64,000 nt of DNA, taken from NCBI GenBank assembly GCA_050084985.1, contig JBITNC010000001.1, forward strand, positions 184,636,001-184,700,000, written 5' to 3'. A program made the position numbers and the translations under genes. Source of the stretch: Nageia nagi (taxonomy: Eukaryota > Plantae > Pinophyta). The notes below the pieces were generated by a model. The model saw nothing but the letters and a program-made list of their open reading frames with translations. It had not been told where the DNA came from and ran no database searches. Positions 12,029-24,400 of this stretch are shown piece by piece (position 1 is the first letter of the stretch; the number at the start of each line of letters is the position of its first letter).

Positions 12029-15000
12029 TCAAGCATTTTGGTCCGCAAATAGGAGCTCCAAATACAATTGGTGCAATTGATGAGCTACCTGTATCATAGA
12101 GGGCCTCTCTTCTGGGTTTTCCTTGGTACATTCCACTGCAATCCGCACAAACTGATGCACAGCATTCTTCCTTACAATGGAAGCACGAAAGTTTTCGCTC
12201 TTCTTAGCTCCAATCCATTCCTTGACAACAGGATCAGTGATATCTTCTATTGTTCTATTCTCAGATGCCATTCTTGCCCACTCCACCATTCCTCCACAGT
12301 ATGTATCAACCATGTTGGTGAAATCATCCAAGGGTCTTTTCCCAGTCGCAAGCTCCAACAGCACAACCCCAAAGCTATAAACATCGCCTTTAGACGAAGC
12401 TCGCCCGGATTGAGAATACTCGGGCGGAACATACCCCAAAGTCCCTACCAACATTGTGCTGACATGAGAATCGTTATACGAAATTGTGCGCGCAAGACCA
12501 AAGTCTGTAAGGAAGGCATTACAATTCTCATCCAGAAGGACATTGCTGGCCTTGATATCACGGTGGAGAATGACGGGAAGACATTCATGGTGGAGAAATC
12601 TGAGTCCCCTGGCGGCCCCTACAGCTACCTTGAGCCTCACAGAAAAATCTCTCAGCTTATCAAAAATTAAACTTGGGGGATTCATGTGAAGTCGATCATC
12701 GAGACTGCCATTTGACATGATTTTGTATATAAGAAATCTGTCTTTCCCGGAGACGCAGCACCCGAGCAGAGGCGTGAGATTTTCGTGTCGGACGCGGCCC
12801 AGAGTTTGCATTTCCGCCAAGAATCCTCGTTCCAGTCGCGGATCGTTGTCGTTGAGGTTGAGGCGTTTAACCGCTACGGTTAAAGAGCCTTCACCCATGA
12901 GTTCTATCTCAGCTCTGTACACTATTCCGAATCCTCCTCTTCCAATAATGTGGGCCTCGGAGAAATTATGGGTTGCTGTTTTCATGAGCTGGTGAGTCAG
13001 CCGGTTCTTAAGACACTTATGGAATGTAGACTCGAATATCATCACCTGTCCCCTGGAATCTTCTTCCGAGGCCTTGAAAAATGTTAAGACTCGACGATGC
13101 AGAATAATGAAGACCCAGTAGCCGAGGGCGAAAAGAAGTATCAGTAAAATTGTGCACAGGATTATCATCATCACCCTCCATTTTGATTTTGATGATGATA
13201 TTATGGTTGCATAAGCGCAGGATTGGACGTCCGAAACGGTGCACCTGGGAGGGATTTGAATCGCTGTGGATGATCCAGAACAGGAATTTTGTTTATAGTA
13301 TTCCTGAGTAGGTACCATGCATAGATTGGGATTACCCATACAGGATGTCTCGTTGAATGTAAGGATAATGCCTCCAGGCAACGGTCCCCGCAGTCCCACA
13401 TTATATGAAATGTTGAAGAAGCTGAGTCGATAGAGTTTTACAAAAGTGGAGGGTATTTCTCCTTCCAAAGAGTTGTTGCTGAGATCGAGAGACGACAAAC
13501 ATTGTAGGTTGCCGAGTGCCGAGGGAATCGGACCAAAGAATTTGTTTTGGGCGAGATTGATAACGAACAGGTTCAGGTCTCCAATGAAGTCAGGGATGGT
13601 GGCCGAGAACATATTGTTCTCAAGAAGTAGGGTGGTCAGTGTGGTGAGATTGAGGAATGATTGTGGTATACCGCCCGTAAGCCTGTTTCCCCCGAGTACG
13701 ATGAACCCGGGAACGTTTCTGTATTTGGGACAGAATCCTGGAGGATACTGAACACCACGCAGCATACTCTGCAAGAAATGCCTACATTCCTCAGAATTCT
13801 GGGAATTGAATATGTGAGGATAGTAATGATATAAGGGAATGAATTGAAGCACAGCCTTGCATGTGTTGATTTCTTTTGGGAAGAGGGATTCGTTCTGGGT
13901 ATTTAGTCTGAAGGTCTGTTGGACATTGCGGCCCATGAAACCCAAGGACGCAGGAATCTCGCCGGAGAAACGGTTGTAGCCGGCATTGAAATAGACGAGA
14001 CTGCCGCAATTACCAATTTCCGGCGGCAGCTGCCCTTGTAGATTGTTTCTTGCTACCGAAAGCCATATCAGACGCTGCAATTTTCTAATGGACGATGGTA
14101 TTTTTCCATGGAGATTATTGCTGGACAAATCCAGGCCTTGCAGTTGAGTAAGGTTGCCAATGAGGGGAGGAATTGTTCCCTCTAGAGAATTGGATGCCAG
14201 AAACATGAATTGCAGAGACTGGAGATTGCAGAGCTGATTCGGAATCTTACCTGTCAACCTGTTGAAATTCAGGTTCAGATATTTAAGCTTATGCAGATTG
14301 CCAATCTCCGGCGGAATAAAACCCGTCAGATTGTTTAACTCCATTGTAACATATTCCAAACGAATCAACTTTCCCAGCGCGACAGGAATGGTAGAAGAGA
14401 GCATGTTGCGTGACATTGTTAAGAGTTTTAGGTTTATCAACTTACCTAACTCACAGGGGATTTCTCCAGTGAGGCTAGAATTGTCCATCGCCAAACTTTT
14501 CAAATGTATTAGCATCGACAGCTCCTTAGGAACTTGTCCCCTGAGAGGATTGGAAGAAAGATGGAGAATTTTAAGCGAACTGCAACTTACACGAACCAGG
14601 GGAATACCTCCTGAAAACGAATTATCACGGACATTGAATTCTGTGAGACTTCCGCAGGTATTAAAAAAGCCCTCAGGAATCTTCCCGCTGAACTGATTCT
14701 GGGCCACGTTAAAAATCTTCAATTTTTTCATCAGGGCCAACTCAGGTGCCAAAGAACCCATGAATTTATTCCTTTCCAAATCCAAAACCCTTAAATTCTT
14801 ACAGTTTTGTAACGATGAGGGCAACCTGCCCTCGAATGCGTTATACGACAGATTCAAAACGTGAAGCCTTGGACAGCTAGAAAACAGAGATTCAGGAATC
14901 TCTCCTGATATATTATTGCAGGAAAGATCTAAATATTTTACAGTATTCATAAAGCTACCAAATAATGGAAGGATGTGTCCATGGAGTTGATGGTTTGAAA

Positions 15001-15241
15001 AATTGATGGACACGACATGCTTTTTGGAATGAATAGAACTACACCTGATTCCGTTCCAGAGGCAGGGCTTCAACAGGCTTGAAGGTTTGTAAAGGCCTTT
15101 AATTGATAGCAAAATGTGAACATTCTCCTCGTGCTGTGATTCTGTACTTTGGGAAAAACAAGTATTGAATGTAATGAGAAACAATGCACAGCAGACCACT
15201 AGAAATTTAGGGGCAAGATCATTACTCTGTGCAGTCTCCAT
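12029..15241 (-). CDS. NILR1: Intronless island-domain LRR receptor-like Ser/Thr kinase (LRR-X group, NILR1/At1g74360-like), 1070 aa
   Basis: Open frame; first ATG at 15241 (METAQSND) precedes a hydrophobic signal peptide; N-cap PCLWNGIRC; ~20 LRRs; island ~13710-13945; TM ~13095-13180; RD kinase (GRGGFG, VAVKRL, HRDIKASNVLLD, DFG, GTLGYVPPEY). Island and flanking LRRs (MGRNVQQTFRLN..C..C..C, FNISYN) resemble NILR1 as recalled; orthology untested. Confidence 0.9.
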   Translation of the reverse strand: METAQSNDLAPKFLVVCCALFLITFNTCFSQSTESQHEENVHILLSIKGLYKPSSLLKPCLWNGIRCSSIHSKKHVVSINFSNHQLHGHILPLFGSFMNTVKYLDLSCNNISGEIPESLFSSCPRLHVLNLSYNAFEGRLPSSLQNCKNLRVLDLERNKFMGSLAPELALMKKLKIFNVAQNQFSGKIPEGFFNTCGSLTEFNVRDNSFSGGIPLVRVSCSSLKILHLSSNPLRGQVPKELSMLIHLKSLAMDNSSLTGEIPCELGKLINLKLLTMSRNMLSSTIPVALGKLIRLEYVTMELNNLTGFIPPEIGNLHKLKYLNLNFNRLTGKIPNQLCNLQSLQFMFLASNSLEGTIPPLIGNLTQLQGLDLSSNNLHGKIPSSIRKLQRLIWLSVARNNLQGQLPPEIGNCGSLVYFNAGYNRFSGEIPASLGFMGRNVQQTFRLNTQNESLFPKEINTCKAVLQFIPLYHYYPHIFNSQNSEECRHFLQSMLRGVQYPPGFCPKYRNVPGFIVLGGNRLTGGIPQSFLNLTTLTTLLLENNMFSATIPDFIGDLNLFVINLAQNKFFGPIPSALGNLQCLSSLDLSNNSLEGEIPSTFVKLYRLSFFNISYNVGLRGPLPGGIILTFNETSCMGNPNLCMVPTQEYYKQNSCSGSSTAIQIPPRCTVSDVQSCAYATIISSSKSKWRVMMIILCTILLILLFALGYWVFIILHRRVLTFFKASEEDSRGQVMIFESTFHKCLKNRLTHQLMKTATHNFSEAHIIGRGGFGIVYRAEIELMGEGSLTVAVKRLNLNDNDPRLERGFLAEMQTLGRVRHENLTPLLGCCVSGKDRFLIYKIMSNGSLDDRLHMNPPSLIFDKLRDFSVRLKVAVGAARGLRFLHHECLPVILHRDIKASNVLLDENCNAFLTDFGLARTISYNDSHVSTMLVGTLGYVPPEYSQSGRASSKGDVYSFGVVLLELATGKRPLDDFTNMVDTYCGGMVEWARMASENRTIEDITDPVVKEWIGAKKSENFRASIVRKNAVHQFVRIAVECTKENPEERPSMIQVAHQLHQLYLELLFADQNA

Positions 15242-16039
15242 GGATATAGTATTAACATGCAGGAGGAGGAGCAAGGGAATGTTAAAGTCTAAGCGAATTG
15301 AGGGATAGGTGAGATGGAGATGGGTAGTTGAAATTCTTGAAAAATAAGAGACCAGGTTCAAATCTCCTTACTACATTGAAACATACCCAAAATTCTATGG
15401 AGTTGATGGTATCCCGGATGGATCACAAGGATTCCGAACATCATATTGATTGCATTCCCGCGTTTAAGCAGGGGAGCTATGCGCAGGAAATGCCGTAAGA
15501 GTCTGAGGGGATATGGTCTAAATTCGAGAAAAGCGGTGATACAACAAGTCGATTTGTTATATTTTACTAAACTCTATACACCGAAGTCATTGAGAGCGGA
15601 AAGAATGATCTTGGACCGAATCCGTGTGGTGGCAGATGGATTCGAAAATAGTCGCATAGTCGAATCGTAAGCAAATATGAAGATGGGCTAAGATCTTTTT
15701 CGAGAGTTTACCAAAAATCACACGATGAGGAGTATGGGGACGCCATTGTAGATATGTGAAGATTCGTTTTAGCATTCATTGACCACAAATCAACTTCATT
15801 AGATCTGAACATGATAAATTTAATTTATTTGTTGTTTGTTTATTTAATGTTTTGATCTTAAATACTTTATATTTTTTATTTCAAATATTTTGGTAAATGA
15901 TAAAGTTATTATTAAATGTATAAATGTTTAGTCATACAAAGAGGTAGCGGATAGATACATCACATTTCATACTTAAAAGTAATGATTATTGAATAGTTAA
16001 TAACAATAGTAACGTATAAAATTGTCATAAAAAAATTTG

Positions 16040-19000
16040 ATGGCAGGAATCACAAGTTCATTAATACTCCACTACCATAAAAGAACAAGTATATATAAGA
16101 TCATGCTATTAAATCATTGGAGAGGTATCTTTGGGAGTATCTATTGTCTCATCATTATGCATCCACACATTCTTGGAAATCACAACCCATCTAGTATTCA
16201 GGAGGCTATCATACACCTCTTGCCAAACTGGCTAGTAGTGGTTTCATTAACTACAACCCCATTGACCATATTCCATCCATCGCTCACTGTTATACCATCA
16301 TTACCACCTTTATCAATACATGCGCTCTAGCTATTGCCTCCTTCATCAATGCCAACACTCGAGCCATCAATTTGGTGAGAAGAGCTTAAGCGAGTTCTCT
16401 AGCAATCAACTTAGTAGGGTGAGCTTGGGCAAGCTTCCCATCCATCAAAGTAGCAAGTGGAACTAAGGTTTGGTAACCACAGACTACTGTTTATGTGCGA
16501 ATGCATTCTAGCATGACCTGGAGTTTGGTACTTCCCTTGAGGGGGAAGGAAACGATGTTGTCTGGACCTTGATCTCTCTCAACAATTTGACTCACTTGAC
16601 ACTTTACTAATAGTGTAAGGAATGTTGCCCCAATGTTTGATAAACTTCTATAAATGGCCAACCTCCAAGTTGACTTTGGCAACTTGAGCTGAGATTTGTA
16701 ACTAAGTATCATGAAACATATAATCTTATCAAAAAGGGGGTAATCTATAGATGGAACTTTCTCTACAAACATGATCTTCTTTATGGAAGTTCAAATATAG
16801 AATAAAATGTTGATTTTAAAAATATATAAGAATTCTAAAAGAGGTAGAGAAAATTTAGGAGGGTCTCTTAAGAGATTATGAAACCAAGTTGATGGATGAT
16901 GCAAAAAAATATAATTTACATATACTTTTCTTTTGGAAATATAGTTTGAGACCAAATTTTAAAATTCAACAAAACTTTTAAAAAAGTTTAGGAAAAACTA
17001 AAAAAGGCCAAAAATACTATACAAGGAAAGAACTTCTAAAATTTAGTAAAATTCATTAGGAAGGAAAAATTCAAAGAATTTGGTGCATATATAGATTATT
17101 TGTAAATATGGAAAAAAGGGCCTATAAAGGATCTCATCTAATCCCATGCCTTAATATCTTTGTTGTAAATCTAGAACAAATGTGTAATTAATTCTTCATT
17201 CCCACATAAGGGGTAAGTGGGATTGTCAACCCCTAGATGCTTAAGTCTATGGCCAAAGGAAAGACCATAAAAAATCATGCTCTACACAAAAAAAAAGCAT
17301 TCTTTAGATCAATATACTTTGCCTAGACCAACTTAAACCAAGCTCTCTGCCTTATCTTAAAGGAGAACAAGTCTCATTGCTCATTGAATATCTCTAAACC
17401 ATTTCCATTCTAACCCTCATGAATTTTCTCTAAACCATTTCCATTCTCACCTAAACATTTCCATTGCAAAAAGAGGCCAAGAAAATATTGTTACCTCTCA
17501 CCTAACCATTTCCATTGCTTAGCTTTTTAATTAAATAAAGGAATATCTTTGAACCATTTCCATTTTGACCACCAAGGATGTTGGGCTTTATTCTCAAGGT
17601 TGGGCTAAAGAGAAAATAGTATACAACAAGTCATCATGTCATAAGTAATTTTATCTTTTGGTTTCACCACATGAAGTTTTTAAAATCATCCTAGGGGATC
17701 CAATCTTTGGAATACAAGAAAAAAAAATTGAAAATAGAAAAATTCCTTTTTTAGAAAAACTCTTGGCATGTATCCATTGGATTTTCATTAAAGGCTAGTT
17801 TTGAAACTGAATCACAAGGGACCACCAAATATAGAGAAAAGCTACAAAAGCTCCTTTGTGTGTCCAAATCCTTTCCACTAAAGTCACAACATAATTGCCT
17901 CCCAAGCCATCCATATTCTTTTAATAATGTATCCCATAATTTTGATAGGAATTGAGGCCACAACAATGGAAGGTAAGTCCAAGCCTTTACAGGATTTCCT
18001 TCCATAAGGTAGGATTTGGGAAACATAGTATTTGATTAACACCTTCCATGCTTTAGATCCTTTTAGTACTCTGATAATGCACTTAGAACTCAAGGCTAGT
18101 CCCTAGCACTAGTAGTCAAAAAGCTCTAAGCCCCTAAAATCCTTAAGAAAGTAACAAAATTCCTAGGATACCTTATGAAATCCTTTTGTTTGCTTGGATT
18201 GGCCCAAAGAAAGTATCTAAGAAGCTTTTCTAGTTTCTTGTAATAGGACTAAGAGGGAACCCATTTTGAAGAATAGTAGATATGCATTAATGCTAAAACC
18301 TTTGAGCAAATTTGAAACTTACCAATAAGAAAGAGCTTTTTGGTAATTCAATAAGATAACTTTTTCTCAACTCTATGTATTACATAGTCCCACAATTAGG
18401 AGGAGTGCTCTAAAAAGAAAAAGAGATGTCCAAAAACTTAAAAATCTACTCAGGTTGAATCCACTATCACTAAAATTGGTCGAGCTAGTATGACATCTCC
18501 TTGGGAGAGTGTCTATATTAAGAAGTCTTTCTCCATTGAATTATAGAACCATAAGTTTTACAAAAAGTGTTCAAATAAGAAAGGGCTTGATATACTAACT
18601 AGCTATCTTCCTTAAGAGTAACTAGAAAAGAGTCATCATAAAAGTGATCATATATCAATTTCTCATGGTTACCTAGAACAGAGATTCCATGAACCAACCT
18701 CAGAGAAGCTTTCCTGGCTAACAAATAGTCAAAAGGTTCAACAACAAGCACATATAGAGAAGAGATTAGTAGACACTCCTATCTCATAGACCTAAAAAGG
18801 TTGATAATTTTAATTTGGATTCCATTTAAGGTGAGCATCATTGATGCATTACTAAAGACCATCCAAACTAAACTTAAAAAATATGGGCCAAAACCAAGAG
18901 CTTTGAGCATGTCTAGGATGAAGTTCTATTCAATTCTATCATAGGATTTTTCAAATTTAATCTTTATGAAAAGAACCTCTTGCTAAGAGGCTCTATCCCA

Positions 19001-19560
19001 TTCCATACCTTCCCAAACAACAATGTCATTATCAAGAATATATATGTTACAAATAAAACCTATTTACTTTTGTTTGATAATCAATATGAGCAAAGGTTGA
19101 AGCTACAAAGCAAACAATTTAGCAATAATTTTATACCTCACATTGATCATACTAATCAGATATCAATTAGTGATAAGATTAGGATCCCCAAGATTAGTAA
19201 TAAATTTGATGTTACCTTTTGTTTTATCATAGAGGATAACAATATTGAGGCTAGGGTCTCTTGGTAGACATAGATGAGATCGAGGTGAACCAAATCTTAA
19301 AGCTCCTTGTAAAAATCAAAAGGAAATTCATCTAGGCCAAGGGCTTTCTCATTAGCCATATAAGTATGAGCTTATGACAAGTCTTCAAGAGAAATAGGGT
19401 GCTCATAATCCTCCCTTTAAGAATATGAAAGCTTTTCTATACCACTCTACAATATTTTACAAGAGTAGTTTGTCTATCCGAAGAAAATTATTTCACATTA
19501 AAGACCTACTGATAGTGTTTGACAAAAATATTGAGTTTGGGGATGGAAAATCAGTAGGGA
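16040..19560 (-). mobile_element. Decayed 5'-truncated L1 LINE ORF2 (reverse transcriptase and C-terminal region)
   Basis: Minus-strand motifs KALGLDEFPFDFYK (~19310-19350), KFEKSYDRIE (~18930-18960), HFYDDSFL (YADD equivalent, ~18625-18650), post-RT LSSKCIIR, and LFYI*TSIKKIMF (LWxIWxxRN-like, ~16770-16810). Ends approximate. Confidence 0.8.
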
Positions 19561-20531
19561 GTTATGTATATATGAAGGGCTAAGATCACATATTACCTTT
19601 GAATTCTCTTCATTGGGAAAACAAAATAAAATAAACCTTCAGTCAAATTTTGAATCCCCTCAACTTTAATGTCATAAGATGTACAATAATTATGATTCTA
19701 GCTATATTATAGAATGAATGGGAATGTGACCCATAAAATATCCAATGAGGTTGTGGCTCTCCAACTAGCTGCAAATGCAGTTAAACTCATCAACAAGAAT
19801 GATAACATAAAGAATAGGGGATTACCTCATGAGACACCTTTGGGATTAACTTCCTTGGTTTGTTACCTGATACTATTACTTCTTCTAGTAGCTTCAATGC
19901 AGTTTGAAGCTACCAAAATGATATTTTCCATAATATAAAGCAAAACACCTCCTAAATAGTGAAAAAGGCTATTACATGGTGGTCAAAGCAAATTGTATTG
20001 TACTCCATAAAAACCAATGTGGTATGAAACCCTACATGAACAATCACTTTAATTTCAAATATTTTTTTAAAATTTTATTATTAATTTTACATCAATTTAT
20101 TATATAATATTCATTTTCTTCTATTATTAATAAGGTTGAGGTTTGATGATTATCATCACATTCATCAATGTAGATGCTTTTAACTATCAATTTTTTTGCC
20201 ATATTTGAGCCACTATCTCCCAAATCCAAATAAGATAAAGTTGTATAAAGGTTAAAAAAGTTAAAGTTTAGTCTTGGTAGAGACATTCCAATGGTGGGGA
20301 TACTCAACTTGCAACAACATGTTATGGATTCCATTGGCTAGAGGGGTGCATTAATAAAAGGCTAAGGGTCCTTTTCAAAACCTTCAATGTACTAAGTAAA
20401 ACAAAATTTATGTTTACATCCCAATGAAAAAAATAATTACAATGATTTTGATCTTGAAGATCATCATAATAATTTTTAGTATATAAATATTATTATAACA
20501 ATATACTAGTAAGATGTTAATAGGTTAATCA

Positions 20532-21418
20532 TGACCCGTAAATAGGAGTGGACTACCCCCTCTCTTAATGAATCAATTCACACTTAGAAAATTTGAAACT
20601 AAGTGCTTATGGAATTGAAAAGAGTAAAGGCAAAAAATAAACAATCACAAAAAATTTAAAGGACTCAGCAAGATACCTTGGTTTGGCACTCTCTAACCTA
20701 CATATAGAAAAATGCTCCTCTTATTCAATGGTATTTTTGGTGATTAATAGCAAGACTCAAAGGGATATTCTATCCTTCAACTCTTCTCTTAACCTTTTGA
20801 CACTTCTAAGCAGTTTAAAACCTTCATACTCATCTCTTGGCTGAAACAAAGGAAACACTAGCCTTTTTTAAATTTTAGGTTTAAACTATATCATCAAAAC
20901 AAATTTAGAATTATATGTAAAGTAATCATAGACTTCCACAATCCATATTTCTGATCTCTTATTCAATAGACTACCAAAAAATTTGAACCCACCTCATGCT
21001 AATAGCCTGCCTCTTTATATTTTACAAAGGTCTTCTTTTAAGTGACATTATAACAATAATATCCCTTGACTCTATTTGGCGAATAACAATTAAATATTGT
21101 TATTATCTATCTTAAATCACTATAGATCATGTTGTTTGAATATTCTCATCTTATAGATATTCTTAGCATAAACAGTTTTGAGGTTTTATCTTCAAATTTT
21201 GCACAAAGCCTTTACAATAATCAACTTCAAAATAGATAGTTACCTCCATGCATTGTATCACACAATCTTGAACTAATCCTTTTAGGGATAACAAGTTGAA
21301 ACAAATTCTATGAACTTGTCATCATGCTTAATATGGGATGTCAACTAAAATTAGAACCATATGAATATGAGATGGATGTTTACCATAAAATAGATTAATA
21401 GCCTCAAATAGATGTCTA
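20532..21418 (-). repeat. 3' LTR, left segment (U5-R-part of U3)
   Basis: Aligns to 29645-30536; 20728-21418 is repeated again at 25998-26669. Confidence 0.85.
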
Positions 21419-24400
21419 TCGCTATTTCTACCCAATGATAAATCAATTTGTGTAAAAGGTCATTAGTGAGTTATGCATCAGTCAGAGAGCCACTAAAGTA
21501 ATCACAACTCATGATTTTGGTATTACACCTTCTATATGCCATAAATAATTATTTCTCGATTATGGTTGTAAGATAAAAAAAACTTATATGAATAAACCAA
21601 GAAAGCCATATAGATCTTATGTAAAGAAGCCCAACCAAAGGATACCAAAACCATGTTCTTGTTACCCCAAAAAGAGATTTTCCAAAATATCTCATAAATT
21701 CAAAAAGAGAGATCAAGGAATTGGTGGGAAAACATGTTTTAATTATGGTGAGAAAGGTCACTTTAATTCGAGTTGTACCAAGCCCAAAAAGAAACAAATC
21801 AAAGCAATGATGAATAAGTTAAAAGCAATGAGAGAAAATAAGCCTACAAACTTTGATGAATTGGATTTGTATTCTAAGTATTTTGAAGAAGAAGAATCTG
21901 ATACATAGTCATATTCTAGTGAGTACACAATGGATAGTGACTCTAATGAGTCCTATCAGTCTTACTCTAAAAAAGAGTATTAATTAGCCTCAGATGATGA
22001 GTGTTGCATTCACTATGGGTATATGATGAGAAGGTCGAATCTCACTGATCCAAAAGAAATTGCAAGGCCACCCCAAGATACCATTCAAAATCTTATTAGT
22101 CAATGGGCTAGAGCTCTTGTTAGTGATTATACCACAAAATGCTTGAATCTCACATAAAGAGATTAAAGCTACATGACAATCCTCCTCAACCAATAAGAGC
22201 TACTCCTCTTCCATCATACACAAAGATCATGGAAAAAGCAAAGTCAAAGATACTTACTATCCCTTAAGAAATTCAAAATCTTAAAAGAGAATTAAAGAGG
22301 ATAGATAAGTTAGAATAAAGAGTAGATCAATTAGAGAAGGATAAGTATAAGCTTTATTAGGAAATGTAGCCAGGAACACATTAGATCCAAGGACCATCCA
22401 AGAATTATAGTGAATTAGATTTGGATTTAGATTTTGCTGAGGAAGCAGAACCAAGCATAAGATTTACTGATAATGTAGGACCAAGCAAAATCCTCATCAA
22501 AGAATAAGATAAAGCAACTATTTATGATGATCCACTACCATCACCAGAAGAACTAGTAAATCTTGAAGTACTAAAAGTAAAACTTATGATAGCAAACCTT
22601 AAATAAATCAAGGTAGATGTGTTTCTCACTCCTATTTTAACCTAAGAGTTCACTACTTTCTTAGATACTGGAGCTACTGGTAGTATTATTCATCCTCATA
22701 TTGTTCATCCTAGATATGTTATTCCCTACTCTGGTATATTCAGTTTCATTGATGGTTCTATGGTCTCTACTAAAGGTCAAGTTGAAAATTTGAGATTTAT
22801 CTTTAATAGAAAATATTTTTTCCATGATTTCTTAGTTTTAGATTCAAGGACTAGAATGCTGTTAGGATTTGATTTATTTGAGAAATATATCCCTATATCT
22901 TTCACAAAAACCACTTTTCAAATTACTATGAAATATGGTATATTAGAAAGCCCTTATACTACATTTAGCAAAAAGAGTTAGATTTCATTCCTTTAAAAAA
23001 AGTAGAAAATAGACTAGCAGTCCTAAGCCTAGAAAAAAGAAGGGTTACTGCATAGTCTCAAATCCAAAAAGAAAGAATGAAATTAGTCAGTTTCTACAGT
23101 CTTTAGTAAAGGATTATTGTTTAGAAGATCCTCAAGCTTTTTGGAGCTGAGAATATTATGAAGTTAGCCTCCCTCTAAAACATGAAAAAATAAAAGTCCC
23201 TACAAAGGCTAACTATATTGCTATGTCTACTAAAGATAGGAAAGTTATGATAGAAGAAATAAAAGAACTCTTGAAGAAAAAACTAATCAAAAAATCTTCT
23301 TCTAGTTGGGCTTGTTCTACATTTTATGTGGAAAAATATTCTAATATTGTTAGAGGTAAAAAATGACTTGTCATTAATTATAAACCTTTGAATAAATCCT
23401 TACAGGATATTAGACATCCAATTCCTAACAAGGTTGATCCGATTAGAAGGTTAAAGGATTGTGTTATTTTTTAGAAAAAGATGGGTACAATACTGGCTTT
23501 GTAGTACCAGTCTTAAATAGACACTATGAGTAGAATGTCATGCCCTTCAGCCTAAAAAATGCTCCATTAGAGTTTCAAAAAAAGCATGGACAATATCTTC
23601 TTAGAAAAGGTACAAGAATTTGCTATTAGGTATATATATGATATTCTTATTGCTTCACTATCTTTAGATGAGCATTTCAAACATTTAATGATTTTCAAAG
23701 AACTAGTTATTGCTCATGGCTTAGTCCTTTCTGCCAAAAAGGTGATTCTATTACAAACTGACATTAAGTTCTTGGGGCATAAGATTAGTAATGGCTCTAT
23801 TTAGCTACAACCACATGTACTTTCCTTTGTACATAATTTTCCTGATAAAATTATTAATAAAAAAACAACTACAAAGGTTTCTTGGTTGCTATAATTATAT
23901 CTCTCCATTATATGAGAAATTTGCATTTGACAGAAAGTTGCTTAATGAGAGACTTCAAAATGATCCTCCAACATGGACTGAAAAACATATTGTTGCAGTA
24001 TGAAGAATTAAAGAAAGATGTGTTAATCTTCCTCCAATGTAGATTCTAGATAATCCAATCCAAAGGTGTTAGAAATTGATGCATCTAATGAAGGATGTGA
24101 TGTTGTCTTAAAATAATGTCAATAAGATGCAAGTGGTAAGGTTGTAGAATCCATCTATTCTTATGCTTCGGGTTGTTGGAAAGGTGCACGGTTAAAGTAT
24201 CATTCTACAAGACAAGAGATATTAACTTCCAACATGGGCATTAAGAAAGTTTAGTTATATATTTGTAATGTTCTATTTGTTCTTAGATCTGATTTCATTA
24301 ACATGAAAGGATCTCTTCAAGGTAAACTTGTCGAAGATTCTACTTCAGCACTTATGGTAAGAATTTAGTCTTTCTTTTCCTATTTCAATATTACATTCAA

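Noticed and set aside
12068-14696. Several plus-strand and alternative-frame ORFs overlapping the kinase gene
   Set aside because: Shadow frames of a GC-richer coding region with no recognisable motifs.
15242-15361. 40-aa N-terminal extension of the kinase in the ORF track
   Set aside because: Starts at TTG; the first ATG (15241) gives a normal signal peptide.
9537-19560. L1 ORF1 (9537-10330) and L1 ORF2 (16040-19560) as one element carrying the kinase gene
   Set aside because: On the minus strand ORF1 lies downstream of ORF2, the wrong order, and no shared TSD was found.
19560-20531. Short ORFs at 19714-19938 and 20092-20334
   Set aside because: No recognisable domain; probably unidentifiable decayed repeat.
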